A stretch of 64,000 bases of DNA from Pristiophorus japonicus (lineage: Eukaryota). Shown piece by piece: positions 24,099-34,482 of the stretch. The notes below the pieces were generated by a model. That model saw only the letters and a program-made list of their open reading frames with translations, was not told where the DNA came from and did no database searches. The stretch covers positions 163,432,001 to 163,496,000 of the forward strand of contig NC_091981.1 of assembly GCF_044704955.1 (NCBI RefSeq), read 5' to 3'. How positions within the stretch are numbered: the first letter of the stretch is position 1; every line of letters starts with the position of its first letter. Both the position numbers and the translations under genes were made by a program.

Positions 24099-24345
24099 AT
24101 CCCTGATTTTAATCACTGCACCATTGATAGCCATGCCTTCAACCGCAAAGGCCCTAACCTCTGGAATTCCCTCACTAAACCTCTCCACCGCTCTACCTCT
24201 CTTTCCTCCTTTAAGACACTCCTTAAAACCTACCTCTCTGCCCTCATTTCTCCTTATTGGACTCGGTGTCATATTTTGTTTGATTATGCTCATGTGGAGT
24301 GCTTTGGGACATTTTACTACATTAAAGGTATTATATAAATACAAG
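24099..24345 (+). mobile_element. L2 LINE 3' end
   Basis: GPNLWNSL..FKTLLKTYL, then L2 tail ..TATATAAATACAAG, continuing GTGTTG after the Harbinger H2 insertion. Confidence 0.8.
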
Positions 24346-24692
24346 GGGGCCAAAATTGGTTGACATACCACCCGCTACTGCCTGCATACTGTTGACATAC
24401 TGCCTAAAATGCGATTTTGGTCAAAAATCACCTACATACCGCCGACATACCGCTCGGCGGTATATTCATCATTGACATACCGCTGAGCAGTATGCACATC
24501 ATCCAGCATGCAGGACCGCCTGCATACCACCCAAAAGGTCCGATTTTCATCGCATACCACCGACATACCACCGGAGCAGCATACCGTCCTGGAAAAGGTG
24601 GTTTTACGCGATGGTAAGTGGGCGGGAATGGGTGGTGTGCACGGAGCCGCCATTTTGGAAATTGGGAACTGTCAGCGAAAGCAGCACCTCTG

Positions 24693-27089
24693 TATCATCT
24701 GGACAAAGTGGGACTCAGACTGAAATGCCCGAAGTGCGTCTTCATGGCACCGGAAGTCGAATTCCTGGGAAGGAAAATTGCTGCTGATGGTATCAGGCCT
24801 ACGGACATGAAAACCAAGGCCATCAACAATGCACCCAAGCCTCAGAATGAAACAGAGCTGCATTCGTTCCTTGGCCTACTCAACTATCTCGGTAATTTCT
24901 TACCTAGATTGAGCACCTTATTAGAGCTACTATACATGCTGCTAAGAAAAGGCGACAACTGGGTTTGGGGTGCGTCTCAAGATAGAGCTTTTGAGAAAGC
25001 TACTAATCTGCTTTGCTCTAACAAGCTGCTGGTACATTATGATCCGTGTAAGCGCCTAGTATTGGCCTGTGATGCTTCGTCATATGGAGTTGGTTGCGTG
25101 CTCCAACAAGCTAATGAGTCGGGCAAATTACAACCTGTTGCATATGCTTCAAAAAGTTTGTCAAAGGCGGAAAGAGCCTACAGCATGGTAGAGAAGGAAG
25201 CACTAGCCTGTGTGTATGGGATTAAAAAGATGCATCAGTACCTGTTTGGTCTTCTGTTTGAACTAAAAAAGATCACAAGCCACTCATTTCATTGTTTATG
25301 GAAAACAAAGGTATCAATACAAATGCATCATCCCGCATCCAGAGGTGGGCGCTGACATTATCTGCCTATGATTATGTCATTCGCCATAGACCTGGCACTG
25401 AGAATTGTGCCGATGCATTGAGCCGTCTGCCTTTGCCAGAACCACCACAACCGACAGACCTACTGTTAGTCATGGATGCTTTTGAAAGTGAAGAAACCCC
25501 TGTCACGGCCCAACAAGTTAAGACCTGGATCAGCCAGGACCCGATATTATCGGTTGTGAATTGTTGTATCATTAGTGGTGATTGGTCTGCCATACCCCAG
25601 CAAATGTGTGAGGAGAACAAACCTTACATCCGTCGCAAAGACGAACTATCCATTCAATCAGGTTGTATACTGTGGAGTAATCATGTTGTTATGCCCAAGA
25701 AAGGCAGAGAGAAATTTGTGCATGATCTACATAGTATGCATCCCGGTATTGTCATGATGAAAGCCATTACTAGGTCTCATGTATGGTGGCCTGGAATTGA
25801 CTCTGATCTGGAATCATGTGTGGATCAGTGCAACACTTGCATGTAGCTTAGTAAAGCATCAGCGGAATCGCCGCTGAGTCTATGGTCGTGGCCATCTAAA
25901 CCATGGTCCAGGATCCACGTCGACTTTGCAGGTCCCTTCCTGGGAAAGATGTTCTTAGTTGTGGTGGATGCTTATTCCAAGTGGATAAAGTGTACAATCA
26001 TGTCATCCAGCACATCCACAGCTACAATTGAGAGACTTAGTGTCATGTTTGCTATGCATGGTCTGCCTGACATAATTGTAAGCGACAACGGAACTTGCTT
26101 CACCAGTATGGAGTTTCAAGAGTTCACGAAACTCAATGGTATCAAACATGTGAGGTCAACACCATTCAAACCCGCATCCAATGGACAAGCAGAGTGTGCG
26201 GTCCAAACCATCAAGAAGAGTATGAAACGTGTAACTCAAGGTTCACTGCAACCTCGCTTGTCACGCATATTGCTTAGTTACAGGACAAGACCCCATACGC
26301 TTAACGGGGTCTCCCCTGCTGAACTATTGATGAAGAGAGGTCTCAAGACCAGGCTCTGTCTTGTCCACCCTGACTTGAATAATCGTGTCGAATACAGACG
26401 TCAAAGTCAGCAAGGCTATCATGATCGTGCTACTGTGTCACGCGACATTTCTATCAATGATCCTGTGTAGATACTGAATTATGGTCAAGGTCCCAAATGG
26501 ATTGTCGGTACTGTTACAGCCAAGGAGGGTAACAGAGTGTTTATCGACAAGCTCAAGAATGGGCAAACATGCAGGAAACATGTCGATCAGATAAAGCTGC
26601 GGCACACAGATGAACTGGAACAGTCTGAGGAAGACACAATCAGTGACCAACCAACCTACCCTCAGTCATCAGAGGACTCCGCTGTCATCAATGAATCTGG
26701 ACTTTCAATCCCTGACGTGGTCATTGCCACTCCCATCAGATCGGCTACCCAGTCCCTAGTCATAACAGACTCAGAACACTCGCCCAAGGCTGGAGTTGAA
26801 CTGAAACGTTCAACTCGGGAGTGGAAAGCCCCGGACTGTATCAATTTGTAAAAAGACCTTTATTAATATCTTAAAGGGGGATATTGTCATGTATGTATGC
26901 TTGGGTTTACTAGCCACCAGGTGGTGCCACTGTCAGAGGTCATTAGGCTGTGCGCACGTGTGTGCAGCTCAGGTATAAAAGGCCAGCCATCTTGTAATGT
27001 GATCAATTTGGGCCCTAATAAAGCAGAGCCAGGTTTGTACCTGTGTTAGATTACAGTATTCAGTCTATCGAGTTATTACATACATAACA
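24693..27089 (+). mobile_element. Gypsy fragment C: 3' half of pol (RT end, RNase H, integrase) + PPT + 3' LTR
   Basis: LACDASSYG, HPGIVMMK..CNTC, IHVDFAGP, VSDNG. PPT AAAGGGGGATAT. LTR 26885-27089 closely matches the LTR at 48518. Confidence 0.92.
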
Positions 27090-27225
27090 GCTGACAACCT
27101 GTCTAATGGATTAAGCAGATGTGAGGAAGTTTATTTAGCGGAGTTATAAGGGTAATGGAAGAGGTCGCAGAATGATGAAGAGAAGGAGGAGACCTTACCC
27201 GCAAAGGATCTTCAGGGAAAAGTTT
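27090..27225 (+). pseudogene. N-terminal stub of HARBI1-like transposase (H2)
   Basis: LTTCLMD*ADVRKFI*RSYKGNGRGRRMMKRRRRPYPQRIFREKF, then AT-rich 3' region with AATAAA. Confidence 0.65.
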
Positions 27226-27419
27226 CACACTGTACAAGAGTGCTTAAATTCAATTCAAACGTTTATGTAAAAATGTAAAAAATATATAATTTTAAAACTT
27301 TTTAAAACTTATAACTATAAAACAACTGTAGCAACTTTAATAACAACTTTAACAAAACTTTAAAAACTTTAATAAATGTTTACAAATAAAACTTCAAGTA
27401 CAACAAAAAGACCCTTCAC

Positions 27420-29286
27420 TTTCCCCGCTCACGCCCTTTGCCCCTTCCACGCCCACGTGATACACCACCCTTAGGACTACTCCCCCCTTTCTTACTCCCG
27501 CCCTCTGTTTCCCAGTGCCCGTGGGCATGGACCTCCCCTATTGATACCAAGTCGGCATGCAGTATCGTACCCCAAGTGCCATTGCTGTTATTGTGGGGGG
27601 CGGGAGATCAGACATTGCAGGCGCAATAACTGAGGCCTCAGGAGAAGCTCGCAATGTGGAAGGCGAGGCTTCAGGGTTGGGTGATGATGTCAGCTCCTCA
27701 CCCTCAGGTGCTGTTGACCTCACTACAACGGCATGGGGGGGGTTCTGCGCCCTGTCCCAATCCCGTCAATTGCCGCATGGCTTAGACGGCGTCGGTGGTT
27801 TGATCCATCGCGGCGATCCTCCGACTGCCGCTCTAATAGAACCGTGATGTTTGTGGCTATTGCAGTCATGGCTTTGAACAGCTCTCGACCTATGTCGATG
27901 CTGGCCTGTGACAGACGACCCATGTCCTAGTACACGCCTACAACAACCGACCTTTCCTGCACCAACCTCCGTCGTTGTGGCAAAGGCTGGGGGTGCCTTG
28001 CTGCGCACGGCTTGGTCCGGCAGAATCAGAGGATGTATGGGGACATCCCCTGGATACAGACTCCATGGTGGAGGATGTTCCAACTGTTCCACATGGAGCT
28101 GATGCATCCTCCTCCGTCTTCACCCCAGCTCCACCTCCACTCGTTGCCGGATCAACGGCTATTCCTGTTCCTCTTCCCCTTCATCTTCCTCGTCAAGAGA
28201 GGGCTGAGTGATGCCAGAGGTAGAGGCAGTGGGTCTGTTGTCTGTATCGTCTGGTCTGAATTATCTGAGTCTGGAAGTACAAAACAATATTTAAAAAAGC
28301 TTGGCACCAGGAAAGGGGTCAGGGTTATATTAGTACATAGCACAGTGACTTATTGTAGTCTTACTTAAATGTCCACCACAGCTGCTGTACAGCATTACAT
28401 AGCACAGACTGAATACATATATGCATTGCATTACATGCTCCCAACATTCCAGCACATCACATGAGGCCACCATTACAGTGCAATAAACTTACATTACGTT
28501 ACATCAGGCCAACATTACAGTACAATAAACTTACATTACATTACATCAGGCCAACATTACAGTTACAGTTACATTACATGATATGAGAGGACCACAATGC
28601 AGAATGCATTTTATTCAATTTACCATCTTCTTGTGTGAGTGGGTCAGCTCCAATGCCGGTGGCACGGTTGCTATCCTCAACCAGGGACAGCGCACGGATC
28701 TCAATATCAGTAAGAGGCTCTTGGGTTGTGGGTCGTCCCCCGTGCAATGCTGATCGGCTGCTATTGCAGATGTCCTCTTCTGCAGAAAGTAAAGTAAATC
28801 AAAGTAAAAATCTTCAATCCAATTAACATCACATACACACACACACATAAAAAAGCACTGCGTTGATCCTCTTGTCATTGCCTGAAAAGCACGAATACAT
28901 CGCCATAACCTTAAGATAAATAACATCATCCGTGTGACACTGAACCTACATTTACATGATACATGGTACATGGGAGTGTATAAATAAATATTATTACTTA
29001 CTCTTGCTACCCTCACCAGGTCGTTCCACCTCTTACGGCATCTTTCCCCGGTGCGTACTATTGTACTTTTAGAGGACACAGCTTCCACGATCTCATCCCA
29101 TATTTGGTTTTTACTTCTTTGTGGTGGGGGGGGGGCTTTCCACGACCACCCTTGGTTAGCTCAGAGTACCTCTCTGTTATGTGCTCCAGAAGGACAGGTA
29201 ATTCCATCTCATCGAAGGCAGGCCTCCCCTCCCCTCCCCTCCTGCTTGATGTTCCTGCACTTTGATGTCTTTTTTAACATTGCCAT
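27420..29286 (-). pseudogene. Harbinger Myb/SANT-like protein of H2 (3 exons, frameshifts)
   Basis: Exon 1 (29286-29002) PAFDEMELPVLLEHITERY..QIWDEIVEAVSSKSTIVRTGERCRKRWNDLVRVAR|GTAAGT. Exon 2 (~28781-28623) KRTSAIAADQHCTG..LTDIEIRALSLV. Exon 3 from ~28271 to a Gly/Arg-rich end. Confidence 0.82.
28471..28562. repeat. 42-bp tandem repeat, about 2.2 copies, in a Myb intron
   Basis: CATTACAGTRCAATAAACTTACATTACRTTACATCAGGCCAA starts at 28471, 28513, 28555. Confidence 0.85.
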
Positions 29287-29457
29287 AACCTTTTTACAAG
29301 TATGAATTTTGGTTTGTTAAGTATCTCTTCTTGTCTTCAAAGTGAAGAATTATTAGTTGTTAGCAATATATTTCCACTGTGCTGTGTATTTTTAAACTCA
29401 CTGCCCGTCGACTACCTTGCTGCTCCTTCTCACTCTCTCTCTTTCCTCCTCAATTCA

Positions 29458-29498
29458 CTGCGCATGCGCGGGTGACCCCTGACCCCTGAAATCGCGGG
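29458..29498 (-). promoter_or_regulatory. Putative promoter block of the Harbinger Myb gene with NRF1-type palindrome
   Basis: TGCGCATGCGCG plus GGGGTCAGGGGTCA, ~170 bp upstream of the ATG. Homologous to 17729-17770 in H1. Confidence 0.5.
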
Positions 29499-31449
29499 TA
29501 AAATGCTTGTGTAAAAAAAAGGGGGAAAAAAATTTGCGCATGTGCAGTTCCGTGCCACACCGCCCATCAAACAGAAAGTCGATCTGGATCGACTACTAAG
29601 ATACATACCACCCGATGTAGACCATTGACATACCGCCGAAAAAATTATGACCAATTTTGTCCTCATCGGTCTTGGTGGTGTGAAATGACATATCACAGAG
29701 AAATGGGCGGACCTTACGTATCAATCAATTTCGGGCCCAAGGTGTTGTGCTTTAATGCCTGTAAGGCTTGTTTTACCTTGCTTTGTCTGGCATTAACGGC
29801 CTCACAATGAAGTTGGTAGCCTTACTGCTCTGTTAACCTCAACAATGGGACTGACAACAATGGATGCCCAAAGTGCTTACTTGTTTCAGGCAGTAGGTAC
29901 CTTTTAATAAATCGGGGGTCACAGGAACACGATTGCCATTTTAGGTTGGATCTGGTCAGAGCATGTCCAACCAGTTCCATGGGTGATAGAGCCGATAGGT
30001 CAGCAAAGGTAAGTTTGGAATTATTCTTGTGGGAGGACCTTCCCCCTCTGCGATCGTGACCCCCATCCACCTCCTGTTTACTATGTTGGTGACCAGGGTG
30101 GCCAAATATTGACCACATTTAATCCGGCACCTGTTTGGAATGCCACAGTTAGGCAGCCTGATGTAAGTAAAGCCTGGGCCTCAAGATCGCAGCCTCTTCT
30201 TCGCTGTGACATGTTCTACTGTTTGGTCAAAATCCACCCCTGTGTTATTGGACCATAAAAGTTCATAGGAAATATTACAGGAATTTGGCCAAGCATTTGT
30301 TTCATTAATCACCCACAGAGCACTGTTTAAGTAAACTGATGCTCTGATATAGCATAAAAAAATCACAGAGCTCGAGAATTCAGTTCATAGTTTTTTGCAT
30401 TTGCATAATTTTTTTTAACTAGCTCTTTACCCTCATGATGCACTTTACATTTTGTGTTATTCTGCATCTAGGCACTTTCGCTTTTTTCATCTATTTTTTG
30501 TTTCGCTTCTTCCTGAAATGCTTTGATAGAGTGTTGACATTGCTAACCTTTGACTTGCCTTACCTCAAAAGCCTCTTTTACATTACTGCACAAAAAAAAA
30601 TTCTTTTATCATTTCTTTTCAACGTTTTAATTAGCTTCAATTTGGTATGGAATAATGGGTATCCAGAATGAATTACAGATGTGTGTGTAGTCCTGAGTTG
30701 GTTTGTGGCCAATACGTGCTGTGCATACAAATACAGTTCCAACATACTCCTGTCACATCTCCCATCACCATTCATTATTCTGTACAACGTATATTCAGCT
30801 TCATTGCTTATTCAGTTTCTTTTTCTTAAATGGCTGGTATCATGTTGGACAGTCTGCTACCACCCACTGTGAAGATTCCTTGGGTAAAGTATCAGAAGTA
30901 ACCATTACCCATGGAGTTGGTACTCCATAAAGGAAGTTAATGTATTCAGGAGGCAGTGAAAGGAAAGAAAATTGGAGGAGGAAAATTAGAGCAAAAAAGA
31001 GCTCTTTTGATAGTTTTGTGACATGACTGCAATGGTGTCCTGCCACATGCCATGAAGTTGATAGCTATAGTGGATCCACGAATCAGAGGAGCAGATTCAT
31101 TAATCAGAGGAGCAACCAGGTATAAAGAGTTGTGCGATAACAAAGGCAGTTCAGGGGTTTGAAGTGTGGAGAGAGGGGGCATAGATTTGGGGAGAATTTT
31201 GCCTTTAGTCCCCCCCCCCTCCCCAATCTCTGTAGTTATTCCTATGTAATGTAACAAATTAGTTGAGCATTAGTGTTGTGATTTGTGATATCTAATACAC
31301 CTAGTACACTTCAGAACAACAGCAACAGCAGATTTATAAAGCATATGTACTTACCTATTGTATTTTAAAAATCTTGCATCTAGCACACACCCCTCACATT
31401 TTATGGTGTCACAATTTGTTACAAATGTTAAATAATCTTTTTTTAAAAA

Positions 31450-33216
31450 GAGAATGAATTTGACCTGGGAAATAGTGAAGAATGGCACATCATGGGAGAG
31501 CGCGGGCTCCAAGGTTTTCCGACGCTGTACTGGAGGCCTTCATGGAGGAGGTGGAATGGAGGGTTCAAGCTGCACGGACCTGGATGCAGTGCAGTAAGAA
31601 GTTCAATGATCTCACATGAGTGGTCAAGGTCAGTGAATGCATCTTCAAATGCCATATTCTACTGAATGCACCACTAGCCTCAGCCACTGTTAAATGCACC
31701 ACTCTCCCATCACTCACCTACCAACAATCTCTATCAATCAGGACTCATACCTAACCTCATAGCTTCACCTCACCCTCACACACTTAGCACTGCTGCAAGC
31801 CTCACACCCACTTCTCACAGATCACACACACTACCAGCTATTCAACCATGACAGCCACATCGCCCAATCAGATTGCATGATGCTCACTGACACACTTCCC
31901 TCTATCTTGCAGGAAAAGAGAACGCACAACTGGAGGCAGCAGGAATAACCGGCATGGGACTGCTGTGCCTGCATGTCCTAATCCCCATGTTGAAATGCTG
32001 AGGCCATGGATAGCGGCAAGGTTGAAGCCATCGAAGATGATGGTAACCTCACACCTAATCCTCCTTCTCACATCCTACTTCCCCCTCATCCCACAATCTC
32101 TTCTGATTTACAAGCTGCAGATGGTGTAAGCATGCACCTCTTACTTTCCCCCCACCACAACCTTACCCATGCCTTTCTCTTTTCAAATAAGAACTGCAAC
32201 CCGACCAGGCAGTGGTGGAAGAGCAAGAAAACAGTCACGATGAAGACACAACATCACTCGAGTTAACACTCACAGCCACCAGCTCAAATACTGACACTAC
32301 ATGTAATTTAGAGGATAGTATAGAGGCAGAATCTGTACATGTTGAGGCATCAGGTATGAGTGGCCTGCAGCCAGATGTTAACGTTATGGTTTTCTGGCCA
32401 ATTAACCCTTTCACTCCTAAGTTCCAAAAGATTAGACTTGACCCGTATTGATGACAGTGATTACATTTTATTCAGTCTAAGTGAGACTTGATACATTACA
32501 GCATCTGAGCAGTAGTGATACAAGGTGCAATCAAGATCTATATTACCCATTATGACCTGGGTATAATGTCTCACGCATTGTTACTCCCTGAGGTTCAGGT
32601 AGGAGAATTGCTCCCTGAACACCCTGGGTGGATAGGGCCTCCTGCTGAGAGCTCTTCTCCCCCTCCTCCTCCTCCACCTTCCAGCAACAAGGCCTGCTTT
32701 GCGTGACTTCTGCTCATTCTCCAAGTCATACTGTATTCCAAGGGGAATTCCTGCTAGTGCATCCATGTCTGGCAGAAAGTGTTTTGTGCAGAACCATTGA
32801 AGTCAGGAAAAAGTCCTTCAGCACCTGCCACACCACTCCCTGTAGATGTTTGCAACTTGAAGCAGCTATAGAAAGCACCAAACACTTGTAGAATCATACC
32901 AACAGGCAGAATAAATCAACCAGCAACTAACCTGTAAGTAATTGATGATCCCTTTAAATAGCATGGTGGGGATTCCTTCCTTCTCTCTGCGAGCATAAGG
33001 GAGGGCATTAGCTGGAGCGTTGAGCTCCGAAATGGCGCTGGTGTCAAATCAGCGTACACGTCATGATCTGCCTACTCTTCATACTTCCAGCGGGCATTCA
33101 CTATGCGCATGCCAACGCCCTCACCAGTATGCGTGCACATCTCGGATGCCATTTTGGACCTCTAAGGGCACTTGTAGCACCCAAAAAACAGGTGCTACAG
33201 ATCCGAATTTTGCACC
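31450..33216. mobile_element. PIF/Harbinger derivative H3 (left end missing, central deletion)
   Basis: Myb exons on + (RARAPRFSDAVLEAFMEEVE..RTWMQCSKKFNDLT; ELQP..DEDTTSLELT, cut at ~32374). Transposase stub on - (32581-32790, RRPYPPRVFREQFSYLNLRE). TIR-like CCGAATTTTGCACC at 33203-33216. Confidence 0.75.
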
Positions 33217-33599
33217 AACACTATATATAGTTTTCAGGAATTCAGTAGCTCTGTACTTGTGTGTTATGTTTGTAGGAAAGTAGATCAACATCACCTGAAA
33301 TGGCTGGGAGACATTAAATGCAATTGTTGGGAGCATTGCTCTTTGAGTCCTGCATGTGCCTGTGATGCTCTCTGCTGACCTTGCACCACATGCACCATTT
33401 CAAATGATGCTTTATTTTGCACATGTGGAGATGACTATTGCTTAGTGCATGATGTGTTGGGAGTGCTACGGATTTAGGGTGGGCTATCTGGTACCAACAA
33501 TACTTAAAGAGCTGCTGATGACCCTTAGATCTGTCCTGCAACTGAAGGGAAAAAATGGGGAAGGAGACAAAGGGGGAAACTACACCATGCAGTTGCACT

Positions 33600-34482
33600 G
33601 CTTTGGAGGCCCAGTAAAGAAGAGTAACTCTTTTCGAAGGTCACCTCCTAGCCAGGACAACTGGTTCTGGCTGCAGGGAGTGAATGCTGTCTCATTGCAA
33701 CCAGACCAGTTGAAAAAGAAATGTTGTGAAGCGCACAACACAAGTGAGAAGGAACAATTGCAGGTGAAACTGCAAAAAGCACTACCTGCTGACAGCTTGA
33801 GATGTCCTTCAGGTGCTGAGCCAAGAGATTCAAATCTCATAGGATTTGCATACAAACATAGTTTGGTAACTCACTATCAGTCCTCCATGGAGTCATTTGA
33901 GAGTGTGCCAAACAATCTTACAGTTTGGGGGCATCACCTGACATCAGATTACTTGAGGGAGCTCCAGAATAGCATGGAGAATGGAGCCATCTCCATAATG
34001 GCTCTCTGCAGTCCTTGGAAGAGGACTTAAACACATTTGTTTCCATCATGAAAGCTTTGACTGGGACTCTTGAGAGCTTGGGCTTTAATCCATAGCAGTC
34101 TGCCTTGTCTGGATTCGCCATATTGGAGAACCAGATAACGCAGAGCTACAACAACTTCATTGCTGCCTGAGCTCTGTTCCTAACCAGATCTTTGGAAAGG
34201 ATAATCTCTCAGTGCATTTCCACATTTATAGCATCTAGTCACCATGCTAAAATGACACCAAATGTGCTAAATATCATGTAGGTCGCAGAAGGCACCATAG
34301 CAATACCCATGGTACCTACACATCCAGTGCCATATCTTAACCCAACACAAGAAGGTACTGGATGACCTCCATATTTAAAGACAGACAGTGATATCCAGCA
34401 GCCATTAACTTCACTTCCTCTTTCCATTTGAGAACCAGTTAGAAGTTTCACTAAGGGCAAGCATTAGGGAAAAGCACACTGA
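33600..34482 (+). pseudogene. 3' exon of an old Harbinger Myb-like gene (H4)
   Basis: DSNLIGFAYKHSLVTHYQSSMESFESVPNNL, coiled-coil then Pro-rich segment, basic end KGKH*GKAH*. Convergent with the fossil transposase. Similarity is weak. Confidence 0.45.

Larger units (their letters stand above)
24346..29738. mobile_element. PIF/Harbinger DNA transposon H2, non-autonomous (Myb gene retained, transposase deleted); contains a Gypsy fragment
   Basis: TIRs GGGGCCAAAATTGG / TCAATTTCGGGCCC, perfect 3-bp TSD AAG (24343-24345, 29739-29741). CATACCRCC subterminal arrays. Confidence 0.9.

Noticed and set aside
24360-24600. Interspaced CATACC repeats as a CRISPR-like array
   Set aside because: Repeats are 6-10 bp with irregular spacing, lie inside a transposon end in a vertebrate, and there are no cas genes.
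33280-33460. Cys-rich frame (KCNCWEHC..CACDALC*PCTTC..FCTCGDDYC) as a zinc-binding domain
   Set aside because: Contains stops, arises from TG-rich sequence that is probably Harbinger intron, and matches no family I recognise.
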